This document shows positions 50,301-63,507 of a stretch of 64,000 nt of DNA, in pieces. The notes beneath the pieces were generated by a model, which worked only from the letters and a program-made list of their open reading frames with translations, was not told the origin of the DNA and searched no databases. This DNA is from Macrostomum lignano (taxonomy: Eukaryota), in the NCBI GenBank assembly GCA_002269645.1, contig NIVC01001974.1:1-64000 (forward strand), given 5' to 3'. Position numbers and translations under genes: made by a program. Numbering within the stretch: position 1 is the first letter of the stretch; every line of letters begins with the position of its first letter.

Positions 50301-53300
50301 TGGCCCAGCAACTGACACTCTGGGAGGCTGGCCCAGCAACTGACACTCTGGGAGGCTGGCCCAGCAACTGAGGATCTGGGAGGCTGGCCCAGCAACTGAG
50401 GATCTGGGAGGCTGGCCCAGCAACTGACACTCTGGGAGGCTGGCCCAGCAACTGAGGATCTGGGAGGCTGGCCCAGCAACTGACACTCTGAGAGGCTGGC
50501 CCAGCAACTGAGGATCTGGGAGGCTGGCCTAGCAACTGAGGATCTGGGAGGCTGGCCTCTGGGAGGGTGGCCCAGCAACCGAGGATCTGGGAGGCTGATG
50601 ATGGCCCAGCCTAAGCATTAATGCCGACAGCAAAGAATCTCACCTTAAGCAGGAACAGCCTACAGCGAGTGTCGCAGGTAACCTCAAAGTCGATAATCAG
50701 GGATCCAACAGGCGTGACATCGGCGGCAGCAGCAGCGGCGGCAGCAGCAAATGACGCAGAAGTGTCGTCACCCTGCTGAGCACCCTGAGGCTGGTGAAAT
50801 CCGGGCAAGTCCAAAGTCAAAACGCGCGAGTGGCGCGTACGGGTTGGCGCAGTCTGCACCCGGTCACCCATGAGCTGCCAGGCCTGCTCAGAGCAGGTGC
50901 TGGAGCCGTCCACTTGCAGCACCAGACAGGACAGGTTCATCAGCGGTGGAGTCACCAGCCAGTTGGAGGCCACGTATTCGTGCACGACCTGGCACAGGGG
51001 ATCGGGTCGGATTGGGATTGCGGATTACGGCGCTTCTGCCTTAGGTAATTAGGCGATTTTATTAATGGCTACTCTAATTGGCGATTTAATTAGGCGATTT
51101 TTACATGACTACTTTTATTAGGCGATTCTTAAATGGCTACTCTAATTGGGCGATTCCTAAATGGCTACTCTAATTGGGCGATTCCTAAATGGCTACTCTA
51201 ATTGGGCGATTCCTAAATGGCTACTCTAATTGGCTGATTCCTAAATGGCTACTCTAATTGGCTGATTCCTAAATGGCTACTCTAATTGGGCGATTCCTAA
51301 ATGGCTACTCTAATTGGGCGATTCCTAAATGGCTACTCTAATTGGGCGATTCTTAAATAGCTACTCTAATTGGGCGATTCCTAAATGGCTACTCTAATTG
51401 GCTGATTCCTAAATGGCGGCTACTCTAATTGGGCGATTCCTAAATGGCTACTCTAATTGGGCGATTCTTAAATAGCTACTCTAATTGGGCGATTCCTAAA
51501 TGGCTACTCTAATTGGCTGATTCCTAAATGGCTACTCTAATTGGCTGATTCCTAAATGGCTACTCTAATTGGCTGATTCCTAAATGGCTACTCTAATTGG
51601 CTGATTCCTAAATGGCTACTCTAATTGGGCGATTCCTAAATGGATACTCTAATTAGGCGATTCTTAAATGGCTACTCTAATTGGGCGATTCTTAAATGGC
51701 TACTCTAATTGGGCGATTCTTAAATGGCTACTCTAATTGGGCGGTTCTTAAATGGCTACTCTAATTGGGCGATTCTTAAATGTCTACTCTAATTGTGCGA
51801 TTCAGATGGCATTTTTAATTCAAGCAAAGTTAATATAGGTAATTCCATAATTTCCTACACAGCTTGGCTGATATGAGAGCTCACTTGAGTCTTAGCCGGA
51901 CACGGATGGCACACGGTGCTATTCCCATCTGAGTATTGGCCCTCTGGACAGGCCTCGCATTGCAGCGGATCTTTCTCGCCGTTCGCAGCAGCCGCTCGCA
52001 TCCCCGGATTGCAATAAACTCCCTTGCACGAGGCCGGCAGATTGCTGTTACCACCGGCGCCGCTATTGCTAGGCAAGGAGACTCCAGCGTCGCACACTTT
52101 CGGTTGAATCCAATTATAGCTAGGCCGAGTGACTTGATAATTGTTAGCCACAGTGCACGGCGATTGGGCATAAAACAGGGCATAGTCGGAGGCTGCACAA
52201 GCCGGCTTAGGCTTGCACGAGGCCGCACCGGGGCCGGAGTACTGCCCGGCTGGACAGGCCTGGCAACTCTGTCCGCTAGTTGAGTAAGTGTTCGCCTGAC
52301 ATTTGCTGCACTTAGGGGCTCCGATAGCACTGGAGTAGCCGGGGTGGCAGGACTGGCAGCTGTACACGTACGGTATGCCGGACACTTCCATAGAGTGGAT
52401 AGCAATGATGGAGCTCGATTTTGAGGCCGAAGACGAGCCTGAAGGTCGGATTCGATCGGCCACCGGTACGATTTGCCAGCGGAGAACGTTCATGCCTACT
52501 TTTAGTGGCACCTGCGTTTCGGTTGGCGGGGCTTGATAGGTTTTATTGCAATAGCGAATTGTAAAAATCTGATTAATATGGGACTAAGGGATTTGTCACT
52601 GAAATCCCCGAATCCTTATTTAGATTTTTGTGCCACTGAAATCCCCAAATCCTCATTTAGATTTGTGTGTCACTGAAATCCCCGAATCCTCATTTAGATT
52701 TCTGTCACTGAAATCCCCGAATCCTCATTTAGATTTGTGTGTCACTGAAATCCCCAAATCCTCATTTAGATTTGTGTGTCACTGAAATCCCCGAATCCTC
52801 ATTTAGATTTCTGTCACTGAAATCCCCGAATCCTCATTTAGATTTGTGTGTCACTGAAATCCCCAAATCCTCATTTAGATTTGTGTGCCAGCCACTGAAA
52901 TCCCCAAATCCTCATTTAGATTTGTGTGTCACTGAAATCCCCAAATCCTCATTTAGATTTGTGTGTCACTGAAATCCCCAAATCCTCATTTAGATTTCTG
53001 TCACTGAAATCCCCGAATCCTCATTTAGATTTGTGTGTCACTGAAATCCCCAAATCCTCATTTAGATTTGTGTCACTGAAATCCCCGAATCCTCATTTAG
53101 ATTTGTGTGCCAGCCACTGAAATCCCCAAATCCTCATTTAGATTTGTGTGCCAGCCACTGAAATCCCCGAATCCTCATTTAGATTTGTGTGCCAGCCACT
53201 GAAATCCCCAAATCCTCATTTAGATTTGTGTGCCAGCCACTGAAATCCCCAAATCCTCATTTAGATTTGTGTGCCAGCCACTGAAATCCCCGAATCCTCA

Positions 53301-56300
53301 TTTAGATTTGTGTGCCAGCCACTGAAATCCCCAAATCCTCATTTAGATATGTGTCACTGAAATCCCAAAATCCTCATTTAGATTTGTCACTGAAATCCCC
53401 AAATCCCCATTTAGATTTGTCACTGAAATCCCCAAATCCTCATTTAGATTTGTCACTGAAATCCCAAAATCCTCATTTAGATTTGTGTGACACTGAAATC
53501 CCCAAATCCCCATTTAGTTTTTTGTTTGAAATCCCATTTATAGAAGTTTATTAGGGGTAGGTTTGTTGTATCACAGAAATCCTTATTACAGGAGATGAGC
53601 ATCATTAAAATTAGCTGAAGAGAGACTGAGACAAAAGAGAGAAGACAGATTTTAACGGACAATAAAAAAGGGAAAATATCAAAGCACTAAAAACACAAGC
53701 ATCCAATTTGCAAGACACTCAAAACGCACGTCGAGTCGAATTAATCCCTGTTCGAGCATTAGCGGATTAAAAATCGCATCGAATTTCTTGCTCACGCAAA
53801 AAGCAGAGAGTAGAAGACCAGAGAGAGGCCTAGGCAGAAAGCTCAAGACAGGGCCGCCCACCCAAGAGACAGGGCCGCCCACCCAAGAGACAGGGCCGCC
53901 CACCCAAGAGACAGGGCCGCCCACCCAAGAGACAGGGCCGCCCACCCAGGAGACAGGGGCGCCCACCCAAGAGACAGGGGCGCCCACCCAAGAGACAGGG
54001 GCGCCCACCCAAGAGACAGGGGCGCCCACCCAAGAGACAGGGTCGCCCACCCAAGAGACAGGTTCGCCCACCCAAGAGACAGGGCCGCCCACCCAAGAGA
54101 CAGGGCCGCCCACCCAAGAGACAGGGCCGCCCACCCAAGAGACAGGGTCGCCCACCCAAGAGACAGGGTCGCCCACCCAAGAGACAGGGTCGCCCACCAA
54201 AGAGACAGGGCCGCCCACCCAAGAGACAGGGCCGCCCACCCAAGAGACAGGGCCGCCCACCCAAGACACAGGGCCGCCCACCCAAGACAGAGGGCCGCCC
54301 ACCTAAGAGCAAATAAATGCGATATTAAGCGGCTCACCGTATGCCGTTTGATTTCATTTCTGTCAGTCTCGTCAAGAAGCGGACTGCCGCTGTCCTCCCT
54401 GCTGCTAACGCTCTCGCACAGTCCGTTCTGCACTTCGAATGCAAAGAATTCTAATTCACTTCGGTATTGATAGAGGAATGTCACGGAACCGCTGCTGACC
54501 ACATTTACTGTGTAGGTGAGGCTGAGCTGGCAGTTGTTGTCGGACTGGCCAGATAAATACGATCCCATCGTCTTCCACCGGGCTCTGCGAAGTTTGGAAT
54601 TTGCTGGGATGTAGATTTCAAGTGCTTGGATGTAGACTGCAAATGCTGGGATGTAGATTGCAAATGCTGGGATGTAGATTGCAAATGCTGGGATGTAGAT
54701 TGCAAATGCTGGGATCTAGATTGCAAATGCTGGGATGTAGATTGCAAATGCTGGGATCTAGATTGCAGAAGAGGGGATCTGGATTGCAATGCTGGGATGT
54801 AGATTGCAAATGCTGGGATGTAGATTGCAAATGCTGGGATCTAGATTGCAAATGCTGGGATGTAGATTGCAAATGCTGGGATGTAGATTGCAAATGCTGG
54901 GATCTAGATTGCAGAAGAGGGGATCTGGATTGCAATGCTGGGATGTAGATTGCAAATGCTGGGATGTAGATTGCAGAAGAGGGGATCTGGATTGCAATGC
55001 TGGGATGTAGATTGCAAATGCTGGGATGTAGATTGCAAATGCTGGGATGTAGATTGCAAATGCTGGGATGTAGATTGCAATGCTGGGATGTAGATTGCAA
55101 ATGCTGGGATGTAGATTGCAAATGCTGGGATCTAGATTGCAGAAGAGGGGATCTGGATTGCAATGCTGGGATGTAGATTGCAAATGCTGGGATCTAGATT
55201 GCAGAAGAGGGGATCTGGATTGCAATGCTGGGATGTAGATTGCAAATGCTGGGATGTAGATTGCAAATGCTGGGATCTAGATTGCAAATGCTGGGATGTA
55301 GATTGCAAATGCTGGGATGTAGATTGCAAATGCTGGGATCTAGATTGCAGAAGAGGGGATCTGGATTGCAATGCTGGGATGTAGATTGCAAATGCTGGGA
55401 TGTAGATTGCAGAAGAGGGGATCTGGATTGCAATGCTGGGATGTAGATTGCAAATGCTGGGATGTAGATTGCAAATGCTGGGATGTAGATTGCAAATGCT
55501 GGGATGTAGATTGCAATGCTGGGATGTAGATTGCAAATGCTGGGATGTAGATTGCAAATGCTGGGATCTAGATTGCAGAAGAGGGGATCTGGATTGCAAT
55601 GCTGGGATGTAGATTGCAAATGCTGGGATGTAGATTGCAAATGCTGGGATCTAGATTGCAAATGCTGGGATGTAGATTGCAAATGCTGGGATGTAGATTG
55701 CAAATGCTGGGATCTAGATTGCAGAAGAGGGGATCTGGATTGCAATGCTGGGATGTAGATTGCAAATGCTGGGATGTAGATTGCAGAAGAGGGGATCTGG
55801 ATTGCAATGCTGGGATGTAGATTGCAAATGCTGGGATGTAGATTGCAAATGCTGGGATGTAGATTGCAAATGCTGGGATGTAGATTGCAATGCTGGGATG
55901 TAGATTGCAAATGCTGGGATGTAGATTCCAATGCTGGGATGTAGATTGCAAATGCTGGGATGTAGATTGCAATGCTGGGATTTAGATTGCAAAATTCTTA
56001 AATCTAGATTGCAGAAGAGGGGATCTATATTGCAAACACTGGGATCTAGTTTACAAATGCTGGGATCCAGATTGCAAAGGCTGGGATCTAGATTAGAAAT
56101 ACACACACAAGCGCGCCAATACTGTACGCAGGCACGCACTCACACACACGCTCACACAGGGTGTACAGCAGCCCTGACTTTCTAATCGCCAGGCATGTAC
56201 ACTTTCTGGTCCTCATGGGTGTGAATCACGTGAATTGTGAATCGGGTTAGTGGCCCTTAATTATATTAAAACAAAACTATTTGACGTACTAAAAGCCAAA

Positions 56301-56893
56301 TTTCTAATACATTTTTGCAGCCAACGTGCAAATCAACGAGTACAAGTTTGAGATATCCGAACCTGGAGCAGCTTCCAGCATCCTGAGTGTCAAGCCGATC
56401 GGTAGACGAAGTAAATCCGTCAGGCAAGCCGGCAGTCCACATGTCGAATCGAACTCCGGAGCCCAGAGAATAAGTGCCAGCCAAACAATTGGAGCAGTCG
56501 TTTTTTTCAACGTCCAGATATTGCCCAGATGGGCAGTTGATGTCTGAGTAAGGGGATTAAGTGGGAGACATCATCAATGGAAAACAGGTTTTTTCTATCT
56601 TCACATCATTTTTTCAATAATATCAATGATGGACTCCAAGTTTTATTCCATTCTTGTTGCCTCCCCAATGGGGGGCGAAGATGGCTAGTCAACTATACTA
56701 AATTAAACGAGTTGTCTCTAGCTATCTATGTGATTGATGGTTATAAAAATGACTAATTATGCAAACGATGCTTACCACACTTCTTGCCAGGTACAGGGAA
56801 TTCTACCGCGCCACCACTGCAGGTCTCATTTGGCACCTGCACTCTCCATCTGGCATTGTTGTGACACTCTGTGTAGACATACTTCAGTTGCGA
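43657..56893 (-). CDS. ELAPOR1: ELAPOR1/2 (KIAA1324/EIG121, UPF0577)-like Cys-rich type I membrane protein; 5' exon (signal peptide) not found
   Basis: Phase-compatible GT-AG exons traced by hand: 56893-56776, 56543-56363, 54584-54338, 52511-51885, 50988-50644, 48999-48935, 48799-48578, 47414-47058 (1-nt frameshift at about 47168), 45539-45306, 44936-44707, 44529-44374 (TM), 43975-43657. Motifs YTEC..RWRV, GTYSLGSGVRFDMW, CPDGTCDGC and LQYKY..ELPGVESCA match the family in order. Confidence 0.92.
44030..44365. repeat. (GACA)n microsatellite in the last ELAPOR intron
   Basis: 4-bp periodicity. Confidence 0.96.
44980..45225. repeat. About 34-bp degenerate repeat with palindromic ATCGATCGAT core
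   Basis: About 7 units in intron 44937-45305. Confidence 0.8.
45690..46975. repeat. 24-mer minisatellite (TTGTAGATTATGGATTTGGGATTC)n
   Basis: Intronic; includes an internal block duplication. Confidence 0.93.
47520..48530. repeat. 23-mer minisatellite (GAGAATTTGGGATCTGGGAATGT)n
   Basis: Intronic. Confidence 0.93.
49150..50600. repeat. 28-mer minisatellite (GGAGGCTGGCCCAGCAACTGAGGATCTG)n
   Basis: About 51 units; GAGGATCTG and GACACTCTG variants. Confidence 0.97.
51050..51800. repeat. 28-mer minisatellite (GGCGATTCCTAAATGGCTACTCTAATTG)n
   Basis: Intronic. Confidence 0.96.
52590..53520. repeat. 35-41-mer minisatellite (CACTGAAATCCCCAAATCCTCATTTAGATTTGTGTGT)n
   Basis: Intronic. Confidence 0.96.
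53845..54303. repeat. 21-mer minisatellite (GAGACAGGGCCGCCCACCCAA)n
   Basis: About 22 units, intronic. Confidence 0.96.
54603..56095. repeat. 21-mer minisatellite (TGCTGGGATGTAGATTGCAAA)n with higher-order blocks
   Basis: Recurring GCAGAAGAGGGGATCTGG interruption marks repeated blocks. Confidence 0.96.
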
Positions 56894-57786
56894 CTAGATA
56901 TAGGTTTAAATTTAATGATTACAATGTTAAAAATTATGATATTGTGTATCCAAAACAAAACAAATATTTGAAAATAGAGTTATATACACCATTAAAATGT
57001 TCATAACTTAATTTAAATTAATAATGATGAAATTCAATTTCAATAAATACTTTGGTTCAGTTCAAATGGCAATATTTGTTTACAAAATGAGCATTACTTT
57101 AAAGCAAACAATTTCCATCCACTATGATTTTTATATTAGTGTCTTAGACTGCCAGTGGCAACACTAGTCTGAATTTAAGTCTATGTTTAAATGAATTTAA
57201 TTTGATTGATAAATTAATGAGCTTTGGTTTTAGAATAATTAACATATTTTTGTTGTCTATCATTAATGAGAATCTTTTATAGAAGTGAAAATGATAAAAT
57301 CGATTTTATTTTTTTCTAAAACCTTTTTTGGAGCACAGATACCACTTTTTATCAGATTAGTGCATTGTCTATAAACTGTTTCAATGCAATTTTTATGTCC
57401 TAACCTATAAAAACTATGTGAAACCAATATCAATATGGCAACCAGAGATTTCAATTAAAAGTATTTTATAAAAATGGATATTTTGATTAAAGGCTTTTTG
57501 GTAAGAATTTGAGTGTGAGAAAAAAAAGAATATAAAAATGGCAATATGCTTTACTGATAACATCTTTAATAAGCTAGTAAAGTCTAAGCAAGCTGGTGTT
57601 TATGATTCCATGCTGCCAATAGGAGTTCATTAAAGAGGTCCATGAGCTTAGGTAGCTGGGCAACAAAAATATCTTGGCAGCCCTAAAGCAGCATTACTAC
57701 TGACCAAATATAGTAGAAAACATTAGTTTATTAGTCAAGTCTTACTACTTGTAGGTATAGCAGATAGGCACTGAGTTAGCACTAAG

Positions 57787-58420
57787 TAGAGCTCGAATGG
57801 GATCCCGATCCTGATCTCGAATTCTTGGGATCCCGAAGATTTTTTGGGAATTTGGGATCGGGATCCCGAAGGCTTAGAGAACTCGGGATTTGGGAGCACA
57901 ATAGATTGATAATGAAGATGATGCTTTCAACAATAAAGAGCAGTAATAAATACTAAGCTAATTTTTGTAACAGCAACTATAAATATGTTGAAAGTCTGAC
58001 CTTGAATTCACCAAATAAAGCAGCAGATTTTTACTTAGTAACAGATTTGTAAAGAGTTGTACTTGTAAATAACGAACTAACGAGTATGAGGCTTTTCACG
58101 AAGCGATTTGAGGTTTGAGGCTTTTCACGAAGCAATTCGAGTTTGAGGCTTTTCACAAAGCGATTCCAGAACCAGAATTTTACAAGAAAAAAGCAGTACT
58201 TGGTATTAACGCAATTCAATATTACATTACATTACATCAACCATCAAGGCTGAATAGCATAGATAGTCAGATAAAACTATCCTTGAATCCTTGATTCATT
58301 AGTAAGTAATATATTCCCAGATCCCGGATTCCCGAATACTAATCCCGAATCCCAATCCCGAAATTATTTTCAATCCCGATCCTGCCCCATCCCAAAAATT
58401 CTGCTCCCGTTCGAGCTCTA
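57787..58420. mobile_element. hAT-type MITE (634 bp) with TIRs and 8-bp target-site duplication
   Basis: TIR TAGAGCTCGAA(T/C)GGGA at both ends; GCACTAAG at 57779-57786 and 58421-58428. Confidence 0.85.
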
Positions 58421-59564
58421 GCACTAAGTTCTATTGCAGACAATGGCCAATGATTTCCTATGTAGCTTGTGGGCATTAGCATAGTCAAGGTTGGAATGTC
58501 AGGGTAGGGCAATGATTGGCTGTTACCATTGTCAACTGCTTAAGCAAGTGGGTTAAACTAGTACTAATCCTTGACAAGAAAGTAGTTAACATTGCCAAGG
58601 CCCTGTTTGACAACTAGGTGATACAGTTCAGAGTTCAGAATATGCACAAACATGCCCAACCTCAAAATTTTACCCATGTGGTGCAACTTAGTTTTGTCCT
58701 GATTTGCAACTTAGTTACTCCTGATTGCAACTTAGTTCCTCATGATTGTGACTTAGTTCCCCTAATTGTGACTTAATTTTCACTTTATATATGACTTTTC
58801 TTGCCTTTTTCTCTTTTCTTCTCTTCTTTTTTCTTTCTCCTTTTTTCTTTTCCTTTTCTCCTTCTCTCCTTTTTTTCTTCCCCCAATTTTTCATTTTTTT
58901 TCATTTTCGATTTTGCAATTTACCTTGGCTGGCAAGCATTTCACCTGTCCAGTTTAGACAGGTATTGGGCATATGGCGAAATCCAAAAACGTGGGATAAA
59001 ACGGTAAAACAAATCTGCGGACATTCGATGGAAAGTAATGTATCTAAAAAAGGTTTTTGAAAGATAGATAGGTCTTTAGAAAATAGTTCTGGATAAAAAC
59101 TATTGTTTTCATGCTTTATATTGTTGAATAAATAAGAAAAAACCACAAAAAAGCATTTTGAAAGTCCGAGTTGACCGATTTGCAATTTTTTGTTTCACTT
59201 TTTTTCATTATTAAACAATTAATTTTAAGACTTGTAGGCCTTAGAGGAGGCTAATTTTTTTACTACTTACAAAACAGAAAGTAATCTGTGTTTTACTTTT
59301 TATTCAATTCAAAAAGATGAAGTATTTCTAAGGATTTCAAAGTTTTTCTAAAACCATATAAACTCGCAAAAATTCATACTAATATAAAGTGCAAAGTTTG
59401 CCAGCAAACATCTTTTTCTAAAAGTAAATATATCGCTAATTCCTTGTTGCAAAATAATCTTTAAGTTGTTTTCTTTCATTTAAATATCAACTTGCATAGT
59501 ATTAGTATTTGTAATATGCCTATATTTAGACTTAAAAATTTTGGGTAAAAAATGGTACCACAAA

Positions 59565-60090
59565 ATGTGAACCCGGCATCCAAATCAGATGCTTACTGTA
59601 TGCTCATTAAGCGACGAAGAACAATGAAATTACACTAAAACATGTATCATCGCGGCGTGTATGCAGGAAAAAAAGAATTTTCCAAATCGCTTCAGTAGAA
59701 GCTGAGTAAAATGCAATTTTCCAATCCTTATGGGAATTCCAATGTGTTACCCGGCTTCCAAATCAGATGCTTACTGTATGCTTATTAAGCGACGAAGAAC
59801 AATGAAATTACACTAAAACATGTATCATCGCGGCGTGTATGCAGGAAAAAAAGAATTTTCCAAATCGCTTTAGTAGAAGCTGAGTAAAATGCAATTTTCC
59901 GATCCTTATGGGAATTCCAATGTGTTACCCGGCTTCCAAATCAGATGCTTACTGTATGCTTATTAAGCGACGAAGAACAATGAAATTACACTAAAACATG
60001 TATCATCGCGGCGTGTATGCAGGAAAAAAAGAATTTTCCAAATCGCTTTAGTAGAAGCTGAGTAAAATGCAATTTTCCGATCCTTACGGG
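59565..60090. repeat. 178-bp tandem repeat, about 2.9 copies
   Basis: ACCCGGC anchors at 59571, 59749 and 59927. Confidence 0.92.
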
Positions 60091-63063
60091 AATTTGTATG
60101 TTTAAATAATAAACTTACGTTGAATACAATTTATTGCAAACGAACTCTACAAAATACACGTTGTCAAGAGTAACGAAAGTGATAAACAAATAAAACCTTA
60201 AAATAATGTTAAATATGTTGTAGAATTATAGAGTGTAACATTATAAGATAGTTAAAGTTAATAAAATACATTATTATAGCTTTTCAATCATTTTCATTAG
60301 ACTCATTTTAGGTCGTAATTAAACTTACCGTTTTAACAAATCATTTTATTAAAAATAAAGCTATACGAAAATAATTTGTGCTTTAATAGACTTTTTTACT
60401 TTTTAAAAACTTGAATAAATTTATTTTATAGCTTTATTGCTTTCAAATTGCCAAAAAACGAATTTTCATAAAACTTGCCCCCGATTTTTGGATTTCCCCA
60501 TATATACATATGCATATCCTATATTTGAATAATAGGAAGGCTATTGATGGCAATGTCATTAGGAGCCTATGTCAACTGATATGGATTCAAAAGATATAGA
60601 CAACTAGTTACCAGAACTAGTTACCATATATAGTACAATGGCCTTATAGAAAGGTTCCACTATATTCTATATTAAGAGATAATTATAGATACTTTGCTGC
60701 CTCCTATAGTCATTCTAGCTAGAGGACTAAAAAGAGATATGGCAATATTTAGTACATGGTCTCCTGGCTTATCATTATAGTAGTATTTCCTACTGCCTAT
60801 TGACTAGCCAATATGACACTGTTAATGATAGTTAGCCAGTTTGTCACTAACAACTGCAATCTAGCTATTTTCTGCTTATAACTCTATGGCAACCAATGGA
60901 AATAGCACAATGTTGCTAGGCTGCTAGCAGTGTTACTATATAAATAGAAAGCCAAGCAATGCAGATTCCAGGTTGGTAATCTTGCCTAGGTTTTTTATTT
61001 TATTATTGGCACTTGTAAAGACAACTAGATTTGGCTTCCTATTAAAATATAATTTCAGATTCTGTGGACACATGGCACAGGTTCATAAGTATTATGCTTA
61101 GATGTAGCTAATGTTATATGAATTTGCAATAGTACAATGCCAGCATGGCACCAAAAATTTAACAACTTTTGAATGGCAAATGGTAATTTGCTATATATAT
61201 ACAGTTTTCCAATAGGGGACTAGCTTCAAAATATTAGGCACCTTGGATCAGCTTGTTCCAGGCTAATCTATTGCCAAAGACAAGGTGTGAAATTGTACCT
61301 TAAACCTAATTTCAGGGTATATTTTCTTGTGTTTTAGAAAAGTAGAAATATAGACATATTTATATTTTTTTCTTACATCTAAAGAAAGCCTTTACCCCTT
61401 GTCTTATTTTTCCAATTAAAGATTCTTGCAATGATAAATAGTAAAAAGGAAATCCAGAACTATTTTTTAAAGACTTATCTTTCAAAAAGATTTTTTTAGA
61501 TACATTACCTTCCATTGAATGTCCACAAATTTGTTTTACTATTTTATTCTACATTTTTGGATTTTGCCATGTATATAATGGAGACCACAACCAGCTGTGG
61601 CCAGCTGGCCCAGAGCTTGCCCACTAGCTGCACTGCTGCCTAGGGTCCACTTTGCATACAAAAAACTGTTGTAGGTGCTATAGGGAATATTTCTAGTGAA
61701 TTACTAGGTTTGCCATAGTCTAGAAAGTGGCCTTTATGCCAGGAAATTCTAATTGACAATCTTGGTATACACTTGGCATATAGAATTTTCAGGTTCAATA
61801 TGAAGTGTACATAGTTGGCATACAAAAATAGCAACATTCAGGGCTAATGTAATTGTGTAGTTAAATATGAACCAACAAAAGCTCTTTAAAAAATAATTGG
61901 AAACTAGAATAAAATATTAATAAAATTTATGATAAAACAAAATTAAAACAAAGAATATCAATTTTAGCAAACAACAGCCATTTTAAAATTAATAGAACTC
62001 TTTTATTTTTAATGATATATATTCTTTTGAAAAATTGGCATTCAAACAACTCTGGAATTCGCATAAAAAATAAATTCTACATTGACCTAAAATTAAAAGA
62101 ACATGAAATTTCATTCTGGTGTATGCCTGCCATGATCTAAACTATAGCAGGTTTGTCCTGATCAATTATAAGAATAGAGATACTAATAGAAGTGAGGTAG
62201 TCTATGCCAACAAGCTAAAGCATGTATATTAGCCTTATAATCCTAACCTGTCTAGGTAGCCAATGATTATAATAATAAAATGTTTTATAATGGCTAGGTC
62301 CTAGTATAAGTCTAATAGACTCTTTTATCAATGTTAAAAACCTAGGCCTATGTAGATTATAGTTAAGTTGTATATTTGCCATAGTTCGGATCATATAGTA
62401 GTGTATGCTGGGTTTAATGCTAGATGAAACCATATTTATATACTAGGTTTGTGTGCCAATACAAAACAATTGTCATTTGACATTGACACAATATACCTGC
62501 TATGTTATGTATGCTAGGATATATCCTGATGTATGCTGAAATATGGTAAGACCCTTGTTGTACATAGGGAAATCCCGGCATATATGTTGCCTTCCAAACT
62601 ATGGCATATATGTGTTTTGCTAATAGAGCTAGGGCCTACCTTTATTTGCATGGCTTTAAGTTAAATATTTGTGTCTAATTTGTTTTTTAGAATTTAAATC
62701 AACTATTTTTTCAGTTGTATTCTGCTTTTTAGACAAGTACTTATATGTAGATATTATATTTTAATTTTGCATTTACATAAATCATAAATGTGAGGGTTCC
62801 CTGACAGATATTCGCAACAGATATTTTCTCCTTCAAACGGATAATTCAAACAAAAAATGAATTTATGTTTCGGGATGCATTACTTACTCTGATGCCATAT
62901 TCAGCTTTAAAATTTTGTAGACAAAAATTTAATGTCTTAAAGAAAAAAATATTGGTACGAATACAAAGTGTGTCAAAACAAATTTTATCACACATTCCTT
63001 ACAAAAAAATTCTCACGCCAAAGAACTTATCAAGTAACGGTAGCAATTAATTTTTTGTCAGTT

Positions 63064-63507
63064 TCTGACGCATGTCTTAACTTTGCAATGACACCTTAGA
63101 CACATGTCTGACTTTTGTATTTCCCAGGATATCTGCTTCCAAAGTGTGCTTTCCGTGAGTCATTCATCATCCTTACCAGGACCAACCAAAACTTTGACTT
63201 ATTGCTCCATCTCTATGCTTCAATCATTTGCTCTGAAACTTCTACCACTTTTTGACGCATGTCTCAGCTTTGCAGTGACACCTTAGACACATGTCTGACT
63301 TTTGTATTTCCCGGGATATCTGCCTCCAAAGTGTGCTTTCCGTGAGTCATTCATCATCCGTACCAAGACCAACCAAAACTTTGACTTATCGCTCCATCTC
63401 TATGCTTCAATCATTTGCTCTGAAACTTCTACCACTTCTTGACGCATGTCTCAGCTTTGCAATGACACCTTAGACACATGTCTGAATTTTGTATTTCCTG
63501 GGATATC
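63064..63507. repeat. 187-bp tandem repeat, about 2.4 copies
   Basis: TGACGCATGTC anchors at 63066, 63253 and 63440. Confidence 0.92.

Noticed and set aside
7-56185. Long ORFs such as SVSQCL, GCRGAAEGLQR, AKMSACG/APQALIL, WASLPDPQLLGQPPR, TQETGPP, LQSTSQH and YKNPKSII
   Set aside because: They are translations of tandem repeats open in several frames and both strands, mostly inside introns defined by splice sites. Nothing supports mucin, antifreeze or collagen-like proteins.
57263-57454. ORF LKSLVAILILV...ICAPKK as ELAPOR exon 1
   Set aside because: It starts at TTG, has a weak donor (GTTTTA), and its Cys spacing to the next exon is two residues too long.
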